NCBI GenBank assembly: GCA_023268875.1
Contig: JALRKL010000200.1
Location: 2,894-26,893, forward strand
Source: Bacteroidia bacterium
GTDB lineage: Bacteria; Bacteroidota; Bacteroidia; NS11-12g; UBA955
Reading direction: 5' to 3'
DNA length: 24,000 nt
In this document: positions 8,117-17,006 of the stretch, piece by piece
Position numbering within the stretch: position 1 is the first letter of the stretch
Layout of the letters: every line of letters begins with the position of its first letter
Notes under the pieces: model-generated
What the model saw: only the letters and a program-made list of their open reading frames with translations
Told to the model about the DNA's origin: nothing
Database searches by the model: none
Made by a program: the position numbers and the translations under genes

Positions 8117-8498
8117 CTTTTCCATAAAACATCTCCTTGTACATAATCGGGTAAACCACGTACAACATCAATAGCCTTCCATACCGGAAGACCCAAGGCA
8201 ATAAGAAAATTATAATTAGGGGAATAATATAAACGGCCTCTTCAAATAAATCTATTTGGTATAACACTACGGATAATATCACCGTTAAGCCTACCAGCAA
8301 GGCATAAGTCCAATACATGGAACCCACAAAAAATCCGGTTTCTGGTTCGTACTTTAAATGACATTTAGGACATTCATCGAGCGTGTCAGAGAATTTTTTG
8401 AACGACATTACTTTGTTCACGAATACATTGCCTTTTCCACAACGTGGACAGCGCGCACGAAAAAAAGGCACTATACCCGAACGGGGTGAATCTGGCAT
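8103..8498 (-). CDS. DUF983-family membrane protein (N-terminal CxxC...CxxC zinc ribbon plus two TM helices)
   Basis: 131 aa with RCPRCGKG ... ECPKCHLKYE followed by two hydrophobic helices. This matches my recollection of DUF983, which is often found in cox clusters. It is the last gene of the operon, 5 nt after the preceding stop. Confidence 0.75.
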   Translation of the reverse strand: MPDSPRSGIVPFFRARCPRCGKGNVFVNKVMSFKKFSDTLDECPKCHLKYEPETGFFVGSMYWTYALLVGLTVILSVVLYQIDLFEEAVYIIPLIIIFLLPWVFRYGRLLMLYVVYPIMYKEMFYGKDNEL

Positions 8499-8503
8499 AG
8501 GCT

Positions 8504-8746
8504 TTATTTCGACTTCTTCTTTAGATTTGATTTGTAAAATGCAAATCCCGCTCCCGCTACTAACACGTACGGTACCGACATTAAAAATAGAATACCCTTA
8601 TTTATTCCATCTCCAACTTGACGCTCATATTTTTGCTTTCCTTCCTTACGGCCACTGGTTAGTGCCGTTTTACACATAGGACATTGAGAATAGGAAATCC
8701 CAATCAACAAAAGGCTTAAAATGGATAATGATACTCTTTTTTTCAT
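8504..8746 (-). CDS. Small (80 aa) bitopic membrane protein with a CPMC motif; family unknown
   Basis: ATG at the complement of 8744..8746 gives MKKRVSLSILSLLLIGISYSQCPMCK..., with a second hydrophobic helix (GILFLMSVPYVLVAGAGFAFY) and a Lys-rich tail. It has 5-nt gaps to both neighbours. The upstream extension to 8815 overlaps the DUF420 gene. Confidence 0.55.
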   Translation of the reverse strand: MKKRVSLSILSLLLIGISYSQCPMCKTALTSGRKEGKQKYERQVGDGINKGILFLMSVPYVLVAGAGFAFYKSNLKKKSK

Positions 8747-8751
8747 GATAA

Positions 8752-9303
8752 TTAACTTAAACAAGGCGATAATAACAAATATACAACAACTCCCGTAACC
8801 GATACATACAACCACAATGGGAAGGTATATCGCGCCAGCTTTTTGTGACGGTCAAACTTACCAACCGAAGCAAAATACATCGTATACAGAATCATTGGCA
8901 TGATAACCGCGGCCAAAACAATGTGCGTAAATAGAATAACCAGATATACCGTTTTTATTATACCGTCTTTACAGTATGGCACATGGGGAACCGTATAATG
9001 ATAGGTAACATAGCTCAATAAAAACGCAGTAGACAAAACGAAGGCTGAAAGCATAAATTTTTGATGAGTGGCTTTATCCTTTTTTGTTTTGATAAAATAC
9101 ACTCCCATAACCAAGCAAATCGAAACTGCTGAATTTATTATGGCATTTAGCTTAGGCAGACCTCTTGCAAACTCCGCACTCGGACGCATATCATCCGGTA
9201 AATAACGCAACAAGGTCACCAGCGCTGGAACCGTTAAAGAGAGTACAACAACAAGCCAAAAAAAGGCTTTATCACTAATCCATGGTTTGTTTACGGTATT
9301 CAT
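8752..9303 (-). CDS. DUF420-family membrane protein (CtaM-like cytochrome aa3 assembly factor family)
   Basis: 183 aa, polytopic, with C-terminal HKKLARYTFPLWLYVSVTGVVVY, as I recall for DUF420/CtaM. The start overlaps the SCO gene by 29 nt. Confidence 0.8.
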   Translation of the reverse strand: MNTVNKPWISDKAFFWLVVVLSLTVPALVTLLRYLPDDMRPSAEFARGLPKLNAIINSAVSICLVMGVYFIKTKKDKATHQKFMLSAFVLSTAFLLSYVTYHYTVPHVPYCKDGIIKTVYLVILFTHIVLAAVIMPMILYTMYFASVGKFDRHKKLARYTFPLWLYVSVTGVVVYLLLSPCLS

Positions 9304-9955
9304 ATTTCAAATTTTCTATATCGTCTTTAATTCTGCGAATAAGTTCAATTTTTTCTCGGTTTGTTGGCGCTCTTGTAGGAAGTATTGAACGAATGCGGTG
9401 CGATTTATCGATTATCACCAAACGATCGTCGTGAATAAAATCCGACCCTCTCTGTTCCGTGGCTAATAGTAAATCATTAATTACCCAATCGTAAATTTCA
9501 ATTTTACTTCCGGTAGCAAAGGTACGCTTATACAAATCAGCTTTATAATATTCCGAATACTGTTTTATAACGGGTACAGAATCCGTCTCAGGGTCTATAG
9601 TTACCGTTAAGAATTTCACTTGAGGCTCATTGATGTATTCCTCCGCAATTACCTGCACTTGTTTATTCATTTCTGGACAAACCTCAGGACACGAAGCGAA
9701 AAAAATATTCGCGATAACAATACTGCTGTCAAAATCTTGCCAGGTGATTTTTTTACCGTGTTGGTTATAAAGAATGAAGTCACCAACCTTGTGATAAACC
9801 GTATCTCCCTTTTCCGCGGAATAATAACGCTCTCCTATAATCGGCAACGCCTTATGTACCCATTTTGCCTTCCCCCAAAAGAAAATCCCCAAACTCGGCA
9901 AAATAATAAGGGCTGCAAATGCAGCCCCTTTTATATATCCTTTTTTAGTAGGCAT
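9275..9955 (-). CDS. SCO1/SenC-family copper chaperone / thiol-disulfide oxidoreductase
   Basis: 226 aa with an N-terminal membrane anchor, a thioredoxin-like fold, the CxxxC motif FFASCPEVCP and a downstream FIHDDRLVIID-type His region. Confidence 0.9.
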   Translation of the reverse strand: MPTKKGYIKGAAFAALIILPSLGIFFWGKAKWVHKALPIIGERYYSAEKGDTVYHKVGDFILYNQHGKKITWQDFDSSIVIANIFFASCPEVCPEMNKQVQVIAEEYINEPQVKFLTVTIDPETDSVPVIKQYSEYYKADLYKRTFATGSKIEIYDWVINDLLLATEQRGSDFIHDDRLVIIDKSHRIRSILPTRAPTNREKIELIRRIKDDIENLKYEYRKQTMD

Positions 9956-9961
9956 AATTAT

Positions 9962-10303
9962 TTAACACTTTACTTGGCTTATCGCGCTTCCTTCGTACAA
10001 CAAGCCCATAATCAAACCAATTATAAATATTGTCGGAACCAAAATTATTAAGGCCAAATTGATTCGCTCGTGTTTCATATGCATAAAAGCACCCACGATG
10101 TAATAGGCTTTAACAAGTCCAAAAAATATGAAGATAAAGTTTCTGAAACCTGAAGGACCCATTACAAAATAGATAACGAAATCCAAAATGGTAATACCCA
10201 ACAGAATCCAAAAAGTTCTCCAAAGTTCCGATGTACCGTGACTTTCGGTGTGAGGAACGTAATTAATGGGGTCGTACTCACCGGGTTTAGTATAAAATTC
10301 CAT
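9962..10303 (-). CDS. Cytochrome c oxidase subunit IV family protein (prokaryotic COX4 type)
   Basis: 113 aa with three hydrophobic helices and a KAYYIVGAFMHMKHE motif typical of bacterial subunit IV. It sits directly after the subunit III genes. Confidence 0.8.
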   Translation of the reverse strand: MEFYTKPGEYDPINYVPHTESHGTSELWRTFWILLGITILDFVIYFVMGPSGFRNFIFIFFGLVKAYYIVGAFMHMKHERINLALIILVPTIFIIGLIMGLLYEGSAISQVKC

Positions 10304-10316
10304 AGTCGTATTTAGG

Positions 10317-11081
10317 TTAGATTAAGTAGAAGAATGTAAAAACGAATACCCAAACCAAATCTACAAAGTGCCAATATAGACCTGCTTTTTCAATCATCTC
10401 GTAATGTCCACGACGCTCGAATACTCCACGAACCGTCATGATGTAAACTACCACATTGATTACGACACCTGAGAATACGTGGAAACCGTGAAAACCTGTA
10501 ACAATGAAAAACAATGCTGCGAATGGAACAGGTCCCCAAGTACGATCGCCCGCTTCCCATTCAAAATGGTCACCAAAACTCACGCTAGCCAAATGTTTGT
10601 ATCCTTGATCGGTAATCCCGAACATGTTCGAATCTAAACGTGCACCCTCGTGAATGAAAGTAGCCCATTCCCATGCTTGACAGCCGAGAAATGCAGCTCC
10701 ACCTACGATGGTGTAAAGCATATATTTTTGAACTTCTTTACGTGAATTGCGGTGCCCTGCTTCTACAGCCAAAACCATAGTAACCGAACTGGCAATCAAA
10801 ATAAAGGTCATCACACTCACGAACAACAAGGGCAAATGAAACCCGTGCATGAAAGGAAAATGATTGAAAATTGAAGCCGGATCGGGCCATTTTGTGGTTA
10901 CCGCCGATTCTACATTACTAAAACGCTGTGCGCCATATTGCACCAATAATGAAGAGAAAGTGAATGCATCTGATAACAGGAAGATCCACATCATCAATTT
11001 ACCATAACTCACGTTGAAAGGAGAACGACCTCCTGCCCACATGGGTTGCTTCTCGAACGCTGCTGCTTGTTGATTTGCCAT
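10317..11081 (-). CDS. Cytochrome c oxidase subunit III (second, larger paralog)
   Basis: The ATG complementary to 11079..11081 gives MANQQAAAFEKQPMWAGGRSPF... (254 aa). It has subunit III signatures (FHGFHV, YWHFVDLVW). The ORF-track extension to 11288 overlaps the previous gene. Confidence 0.85.
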   Translation of the reverse strand: MANQQAAAFEKQPMWAGGRSPFNVSYGKLMMWIFLLSDAFTFSSLLVQYGAQRFSNVESAVTTKWPDPASIFNHFPFMHGFHLPLLFVSVMTFILIASSVTMVLAVEAGHRNSRKEVQKYMLYTIVGGAAFLGCQAWEWATFIHEGARLDSNMFGITDQGYKHLASVSFGDHFEWEAGDRTWGPVPFAALFFIVTGFHGFHVFSGVVINVVVYIMTVRGVFERRGHYEMIEKAGLYWHFVDLVWVFVFTFFYLI

Positions 11082-11095
11082 TGGGGGTATAATTT

Positions 11096-11689
11096 CTACT
11101 CTGCGAAATAAAGGAATAAATACAAGAAAATCCACAAAACTCCAACAAAATGCCAATAGGTATGTGTTAAAGTCATTAATCCCATGCTCTTCTTGTGAAC
11201 ATTTAAACGTATTGCTTGAATCCAAGTGCCTATTAGCAAGCCTATTCCACCTAAAATATGCACAAAATGCAATACGGTGATTACCCAAACATAAGAAGCG
11301 CTTATATCTTCAGGTCGCGCATTTACGAATGTTAGATCCAAACGCACCATTTGTTGCCAACCCAAATACTGAGATACACAAAATGCAATACCTAAAACAG
11401 TGGTTAAGAGTAAGAAATTCTTATTGGCCGCTAATTCATCAGACTTAGCACTTTTTTGCGCATAAAAAATAGTCACCGAACTTAAAACCACGATAATTGT
11501 TGAATACAAGAAAAATATTGGCAGGTCAAATGCCGTCCAAGCTTGTCTGCTTTCTGCGTCTGGGCGATGTACAATAAATGCACTAACGGTAGCCGCAAAT
11601 AACATGGAACTTGCAGCCATAAACAACCACATATTTAACCTCGCTGGAGGTACTGCAGGTATCGGATCTTTTACTTTAGATTTCGGCAT
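11096..11689 (-). CDS. Heme-copper oxidase subunit III family protein (first, smaller paralog)
   Basis: Multi-TM protein ending in THTYWHFVGVLWIFLY, typical of subunit III. I prefer the start at the ATG complementary to 11687..11689 (MPKSKVK...), 5 nt after the cyoE stop. The 11713 start would overlap cyoE and remains possible. Confidence 0.8.
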   Translation of the reverse strand: MPKSKVKDPIPAVPPARLNMWLFMAASSMLFAATVSAFIVHRPDAESRQAWTAFDLPIFFLYSTIIVVLSSVTIFYAQKSAKSDELAANKNFLLLTTVLGIAFCVSQYLGWQQMVRLDLTFVNARPEDISASYVWVITVLHFVHILGGIGLLIGTWIQAIRLNVHKKSMGLMTLTHTYWHFVGVLWIFLYLFLYFAE

Positions 11690-11694
11690 AACGT

Positions 11695-12570
11695 TTAAAA
11701 TAGAATGTAACACAAAAATACAACAGGTGTGTATAAAAACGATGCGTAAAGCAATTTCTTAGCGTCGGAAACTTCTAAAGTAGAAAATAATCGATAAGCC
11801 TTAAACAAAAAGAACAGTCCAAGTGGTAAAATGACCAAAATTGCCTTAATATCCGCAATACCATACATCAACGGCATCATACTAACCAAGATTAAAATTA
11901 CCGTATAAATCAGTACTTGATAAGCACTTTTTTTGTCACGACCCGCACGAGTTGGTAAGAGCCAATAACCGGCTTTCTGATAATCGTCGTGTAAAATCCA
12001 AGCAATCGCCCAAAAATGAGGAAACTGCCAAAAAAACTGCACTAAAAATAAAATCAAACCCAATTCGTCAACCCTAGGAACTATTGCCGTATATCCTATC
12101 CAAGGAGGCAAAGCACCCGGTATTGCACCGATCATAACCGCCATAGGACTAACCTGCTTCATTGGTGTATACACAAATACATACACCACCAAGGAAATTC
12201 CACCCAATAGTACCGATAAAAAGGAAGCTCCAACTGCTATCAAGGTGAATATTCCTAAGAATCCCGTTACCCAACAAAAGATTCTTGCATCCCGTATTTG
12301 GATTCGGCCTTCAACTATTGGTCGGTTGGAAGTTCGTCCCATTTTTGAATCGTTTTCCTTTTCAATAATCTGGTTCATTCCGTTGGCCGCAAACACAATA
12401 AACATGCCCCCTATTAAAACACCTGTAAACAACAACCAATTAAAATCAGATAGCCATAAATCGCCCTTTACGAACTTCAATGCTATTAAAAATCCAAACG
12501 ACGAAGTAGCAACTACCGTGCTCGTTAAGCGAAACTTAATAAGCTCTAAATAACTTTTGAAAACCGACAT
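11695..12570 (-). CDS. cyoE: Protoheme IX farnesyltransferase (heme O synthase)
   Basis: 291 aa from the ATG complementary to 12568..12570 (MSVFKSYLELIKFRLT...). UbiA-family motifs are present (NQIIEKENDSKMGRTSNRP). The start overlaps the ctaA stop as TAATG. Confidence 0.9.
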   Translation of the reverse strand: MSVFKSYLELIKFRLTSTVVATSSFGFLIALKFVKGDLWLSDFNWLLFTGVLIGGMFIVFAANGMNQIIEKENDSKMGRTSNRPIVEGRIQIRDARIFCWVTGFLGIFTLIAVGASFLSVLLGGISLVVYVFVYTPMKQVSPMAVMIGAIPGALPPWIGYTAIVPRVDELGLILFLVQFFWQFPHFWAIAWILHDDYQKAGYWLLPTRAGRDKKSAYQVLIYTVILILVSMMPLMYGIADIKAILVILPLGLFFLFKAYRLFSTLEVSDAKKLLYASFLYTPVVFLCYILF

Positions 12571-13601
12571 TATACTCTCTTTGAAGATAAAAACAATAAA
12601 AACGAATAGGTTAGCAGCGCACTGCCCACTAAAACATGTAAAACTTGTGTCCAAGCCGGTACCGTAAACCAAATATGAACCACTCCCAAAATAATTTGTA
12701 ATCCTACCAATACAGCAAGTGCCCAATAATGATTTTTAACGGGAGAATTCAATTGAATATTTCGAATTCGCGACACCAAAAATACCAGCATCAAAAAGGG
12801 GGCATATCGATGTACAGCGAACCACATATCCATTGCCGATATATTCAGCTTGCCAGTATCATCAGCCAACATGGAAACTCCTTTCAATACATCAACTTGC
12901 TCTCTCGACCATGTACCCAAAATCACAACGGCCCAAACAAATAGCCAAAACCAATTAAAATCTCGGTTTGGTTGTGTAAAATTCGGTATGATTGGCTGTA
13001 CTACATCAACAGATTTTATAAAGCCGAACAAGCAAATAAACGCCAATAAAAAATGAAGCGAAACAATACCAGGCAATAAATTAGTCGTAACAACTATACT
13101 TCCTAGCCAAGCGTTTAAAATTAGGAATACAAATCCCAATAAATACCACCATTTTACCCGCTTAAAATCGTTCGATTTCCAGAAAATTAGCCCGCCTAAT
13201 GCAACCGCTAATAATCCGCTTAAAACACCAAATAAACGATTAATGTATTCAATCCAAGCCTTAACAGGATGAAAAGCCTCTGGCGCATACATTTTTGGAT
13301 CTTTGCGAATTAAATCAGCGCGCTCGCTCATACCCAATTTATCCAACGTATTGGTAAATCGCTCCAATTTTGCTAATCGCTTCTTTAAGAATATTTCTTG
13401 ATAATTATCTGGAAGATCACTTGCCGTGAATGGGGGTGCCAACTGTCCAAAACATTTAGGCCAATCCGGACATCCCATTCCACTTCCGGTGGCCCGAACA
13501 AGGCTTCCCAAAAGAAATAATAAAAAAACAGACGAACTGGTATATATACCAATCCGTCTGTATAGTTTTTGTATACCGTTTAACACGGTTTCGTTTGTCA
13601 T
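12570..13601 (-). CDS. ctaA: Heme A synthase (COX15/CtaA family)
   Basis: 343 aa, polytopic, with N-terminal RATGSGMGCPDWPKCFG and paired His-containing helices typical of COX15/CtaA. Confidence 0.85.
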   Translation of the reverse strand: MTNETVLNGIQKLYRRIGIYTSSSVFLLFLLGSLVRATGSGMGCPDWPKCFGQLAPPFTASDLPDNYQEIFLKKRLAKLERFTNTLDKLGMSERADLIRKDPKMYAPEAFHPVKAWIEYINRLFGVLSGLLAVALGGLIFWKSNDFKRVKWWYLLGFVFLILNAWLGSIVVTTNLLPGIVSLHFLLAFICLFGFIKSVDVVQPIIPNFTQPNRDFNWFWLFVWAVVILGTWSREQVDVLKGVSMLADDTGKLNISAMDMWFAVHRYAPFLMLVFLVSRIRNIQLNSPVKNHYWALAVLVGLQIILGVVHIWFTVPAWTQVLHVLVGSALLTYSFLLFLSSKRV

Positions 13602-13602
13602 T

Positions 13603-15489
13603 TTAGCTCAGACCAAATACACGCTTGATTGCAGCAAAGAATACACTGCTCTCTACCTCTTCAGGAGATTTTTCTTCAGGCGCTACTTGGTGCTCTTCAG
13701 TATGTAGAACTTCAGGAGCAGAATCATCTGGCACATACTGAGGGAAAAAGTCTTCTTCTCTATCTGGACGAGAATATTCATAAGGACCGCGATAAACCGT
13801 GGGGATTTCACCTGGCCAGTTTCCGTGAATACGCTCAACCGGAGTGCTCCATTCCAAACTGTTGGCTTGCCATGGGTTGGCTGTTGCTTTCTTTCCTTTG
13901 AAAATACTGTAGAAGAAGTTGTAAATGAACAATAACTGAGCAGCACCACCAACGATAGCCGAAACGGTTATTAGCTTATTTACATCCATCCACACGTTGA
14001 AGTCTTCTAAAAGGGTGAATTGGTAATAACGACGTGGTACACCGGCAAGACCCATAAAGTGCATAGGGAAGAATACTAAATACGCTGTGATAAAGGTGAT
14101 CCAGAAGTGGAAATAACCTAACGTATTATTCATCATACGGCCATACATTTTAGGGAACCAGTGGTAAATACCCGCCAACATACCAAATATTGCTGCAGAA
14201 CCCATTACCAAGTGAAAGTGAGCCACTACGAAATAGGAGTCGTGCAATTGAATATCTAAAGCGGCGTTTCCTAAGTAGATACCCGTTAAACCACCTGAGA
14301 TAAAGAACGATACCAACCCAATAGAGAACAACATTGCCGGTGTAAAACGTAAATTACCCTTCCACAAGGTGGTCAAATAGTTAAAAGCCTTAACCGCTGA
14401 TGGTACGGCAATGATTAAGGTAAGTATCATAAATACCGAACCTAAGAATGGGTTCATACCCGTAATAAACATGTGGTGACCCCATACGATGAACGATAAG
14501 AATGATATTCCCATCAAGGATATTACCATCGCCGTGTAACCAAAGATAGGCTTACGGGCATTTGTTGAAATTACCTCAGAAGTAATTCCAAGCGCTGGCA
14601 TCAAAATAATATATACCTCTGGGTGACCTAAGAACCAGAATAAGTGTTGGTACAATACAGGGCTACCTCCAATGTTTTCTAGTGCACCTACACCCTCCAA
14701 ATAAATATCCGATAAATAGAAACTCGTACCAAAAGAACGGTCAAAGATCAAGAACAATGCCGCACCTAATAATACAGGGAACGACAACAATCCTAGAATA
14801 GCCGTGAAGAAGAACGCCCAAATGGTCAATGGCATGCGGTTCATGCTCATTCCTTTGGTACGCATGTTCAATACTGTTGATATGTAGTTAATACCGCCCA
14901 ATAACGAACTAATGATAAATAAAGCAATCGCGCTCAACCACAAAGTCATACCTAATCCGGAACCAGGCATAGCTTTTTCTAAAGCACTCAAAGGAGGGTA
15001 AACTGTCCATCCACCTGAAGCTGGTCCGGTTTCGATGAATACACTGCTCAAAAGGGTAATCGAACTGGCCAAGAAGAACCAATAACTGAGCATATTCATG
15101 AACGGCGATGCCATATCACGCGCACCGACTTGTAATGGAATTAATAAGTTACTAAAGGTACCACTTAATCCTGCTGTTAATACATAGAATACCATGATTG
15201 TACCGTGGATTGTAACCAATCCCATGTAAAAATTAGGATCTAGTTTACCGTCTACGGCCCATTTCCCCAAAAGGGTTTCCATGAATCCAAATTGCTCATC
15301 AGGCCAAGCCAACTGCAATCTGAAAATTAAAGACATTGTCATACCAATGATACCCATAACAATACCCGTAATTAGGAATTGCTTGGAGATCATTTTGTGA
15401 TCCATCGAAAACACATACTTGCTTATAAAGCTTTCCTTGTGTTCGTGATGGTCGTGATGTGAATCTGCGTGTAAAGCGGCTGTACTCAT
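13603..15489 (-). CDS. ctaD: Cytochrome c oxidase subunit I (heme-copper oxidase, A-type features)
   Basis: 628 aa with WFLGHPEVYI (the His-Tyr region), WGHHMF, and the HFH and VPRRY motifs. Confidence 0.97.
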   Translation of the reverse strand: MSTAALHADSHHDHHEHKESFISKYVFSMDHKMISKQFLITGIVMGIIGMTMSLIFRLQLAWPDEQFGFMETLLGKWAVDGKLDPNFYMGLVTIHGTIMVFYVLTAGLSGTFSNLLIPLQVGARDMASPFMNMLSYWFFLASSITLLSSVFIETGPASGGWTVYPPLSALEKAMPGSGLGMTLWLSAIALFIISSLLGGINYISTVLNMRTKGMSMNRMPLTIWAFFFTAILGLLSFPVLLGAALFLIFDRSFGTSFYLSDIYLEGVGALENIGGSPVLYQHLFWFLGHPEVYIILMPALGITSEVISTNARKPIFGYTAMVISLMGISFLSFIVWGHHMFITGMNPFLGSVFMILTLIIAVPSAVKAFNYLTTLWKGNLRFTPAMLFSIGLVSFFISGGLTGIYLGNAALDIQLHDSYFVVAHFHLVMGSAAIFGMLAGIYHWFPKMYGRMMNNTLGYFHFWITFITAYLVFFPMHFMGLAGVPRRYYQFTLLEDFNVWMDVNKLITVSAIVGGAAQLLFIYNFFYSIFKGKKATANPWQANSLEWSTPVERIHGNWPGEIPTVYRGPYEYSRPDREEDFFPQYVPDDSAPEVLHTEEHQVAPEEKSPEEVESSVFFAAIKRVFGLS

Positions 15490-15516
15490 ATCTGTATATT
15501 TCTTTTTCGGAGGTTA

Positions 15517-16980
15517 TTAATTCATTGCAACAGTATTGTCCGTTGCTTCTGTTTCTATGCCTTCGGTTTCTGCAGCAGGAGTCTGCTCCGCCACCTTCGG
15601 CGCTACTAATGGGGCCTGTGAAGCCAACCAAGTATTGTATTCTGCTTCGTTTTCAACTACGGTTACTTTTATCTTCATATTATAATGCGCAGCACCACAA
15701 ATTTTATTACAGAATAAATAGTAATCGTATTCAGGCTTGTTCTTAATAGAACGCGCTTCTGTAGTAGTCATTGTAGGCGTAAAAGCAAACTGAGTCGGCA
15801 TGCCAGGAACACAGTTCATTTGCACACGGAAGTCTGGCATGTAAGCCGAGTGAATCACGTCGCGCGCTCTAAATTTGAAAATGTATGGCTTGTTCTTAAC
15901 CAAAACAATTTCAGTGGTTACTCTATCGTCATTAGCAGTTCCATCGAAGAAACCATCGTCTTTTTTGTATTCTGCAATGCGATTAAGAGCAGTACGTTTG
16001 CGTTTAATATCCTTTTCTAAAGTACGAACATAAGCACCACTTACACCATCGTTGAATTTCGTTTTTAGGGTTTTGAAATCTTCTGGATAAGTACGAGATA
16101 AGCCTGTAGCTACGAAACGATCATAACGACCTTTCCAGGCTAAAATAGAATCATCTGCGCTTGCTTTGAAAGCTTCTAATTTACTGATTTCGCCTTCTAA
16201 CTCTTTTACCAATTCATCCACTTGGCCTGCCTCGGCAACACCTAGAGGGTTAGAGCCTGATATAAAGTTGAAATTTTGATTACCCAAAGAACCATCTTCA
16301 CCTGCGTAACGTGCTTTCCAACCAAATTGATAAGCAAATACTTCTATTTCTTGACTTTCTTTTGGTATTTCAGTGGTAATTTTTGACCAAGTCGTAAAAC
16401 CACGAAGTACCAAAAATGTTAGCACAATAGAAGGCACTATGGTCCAAATAATCTCTAATTTGTTGTTATGGAAATAATATAAAGCTTTACGATTCTCGTT
16501 GTAACGATAACGGAACATGAAATAGAATAACAAAACTTCAGTTACGACAAATACAAAGAAAGTAAAGCCAAAGGTCCAATAGAACATCGAGTCATACGTA
16601 TCTCCGTGCAACGATGCAGAGTTACCCAACATCAACAAAGGACCGTGAACCTTCAATTCATACCAAACACCAAAAAGTCCAGCCACCAAGAAGATGATTG
16701 CAACCCAAGCGTTGATGTTATTCCAGCTAACGACTGTTTTACCGGTTATTTTTTCAGTTAATGCACCAATGTCGAATGCACGTGCAATCACCAGGATGAT
16801 TAATAGTGCCAACAACACCGATAAAATGGTAATCCAATCGAAGTTAGCGATGCTAAATTCTTTCGGAGGCTCAATCACATCGGCTGCCAATAACATCATT
16901 GGAGCCAATACAAAACTCAGCACTGCCAATGATTTTTTGAAAATTGAATTCAGACGAATTCTAAGGGTATCAATTCTCAT
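15517..16980 (-). CDS. Cytochrome c oxidase subunit II, enlarged form (extra N-terminal TM segments and a large insertion in the cupredoxin domain)
   Basis: 487 aa. CuA ligand pattern DVIHSAYMP ... CNKICGAAHYNM (H, C-x3-C-x3-H-x2-M). No CxxCH heme c motif. It is the first gene of the operon. Confidence 0.9.
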   Translation of the reverse strand: MRIDTLRIRLNSIFKKSLAVLSFVLAPMMLLAADVIEPPKEFSIANFDWITILSVLLALLIILVIARAFDIGALTEKITGKTVVSWNNINAWVAIIFLVAGLFGVWYELKVHGPLLMLGNSASLHGDTYDSMFYWTFGFTFFVFVVTEVLLFYFMFRYRYNENRKALYYFHNNKLEIIWTIVPSIVLTFLVLRGFTTWSKITTEIPKESQEIEVFAYQFGWKARYAGEDGSLGNQNFNFISGSNPLGVAEAGQVDELVKELEGEISKLEAFKASADDSILAWKGRYDRFVATGLSRTYPEDFKTLKTKFNDGVSGAYVRTLEKDIKRKRTALNRIAEYKKDDGFFDGTANDDRVTTEIVLVKNKPYIFKFRARDVIHSAYMPDFRVQMNCVPGMPTQFAFTPTMTTTEARSIKNKPEYDYYLFCNKICGAAHYNMKIKVTVVENEAEYNTWLASQAPLVAPKVAEQTPAAETEGIETEATDNTVAMN

Positions 16981-17006
16981 GTCTTTTCCAAATAGGGTTT
17001 TCGCTA

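Noticed and set aside
9620-10051. 143-aa plus-strand ORF
   Set aside because: It is entirely antisense to the SCO and subunit IV genes and crosses their junction. Its composition is typical of antisense frames in AT-rich genes.
11082-11288. Upstream extensions of operon ORFs (10317..11288; also 11695..12726, 8504..8815, 19154..20110 and 21562..22653)
   Set aside because: Each extension overlaps a well-supported neighbouring gene or a promoter box. Each contains an internal ATG that gives the N-terminus expected for its family, so all were trimmed.
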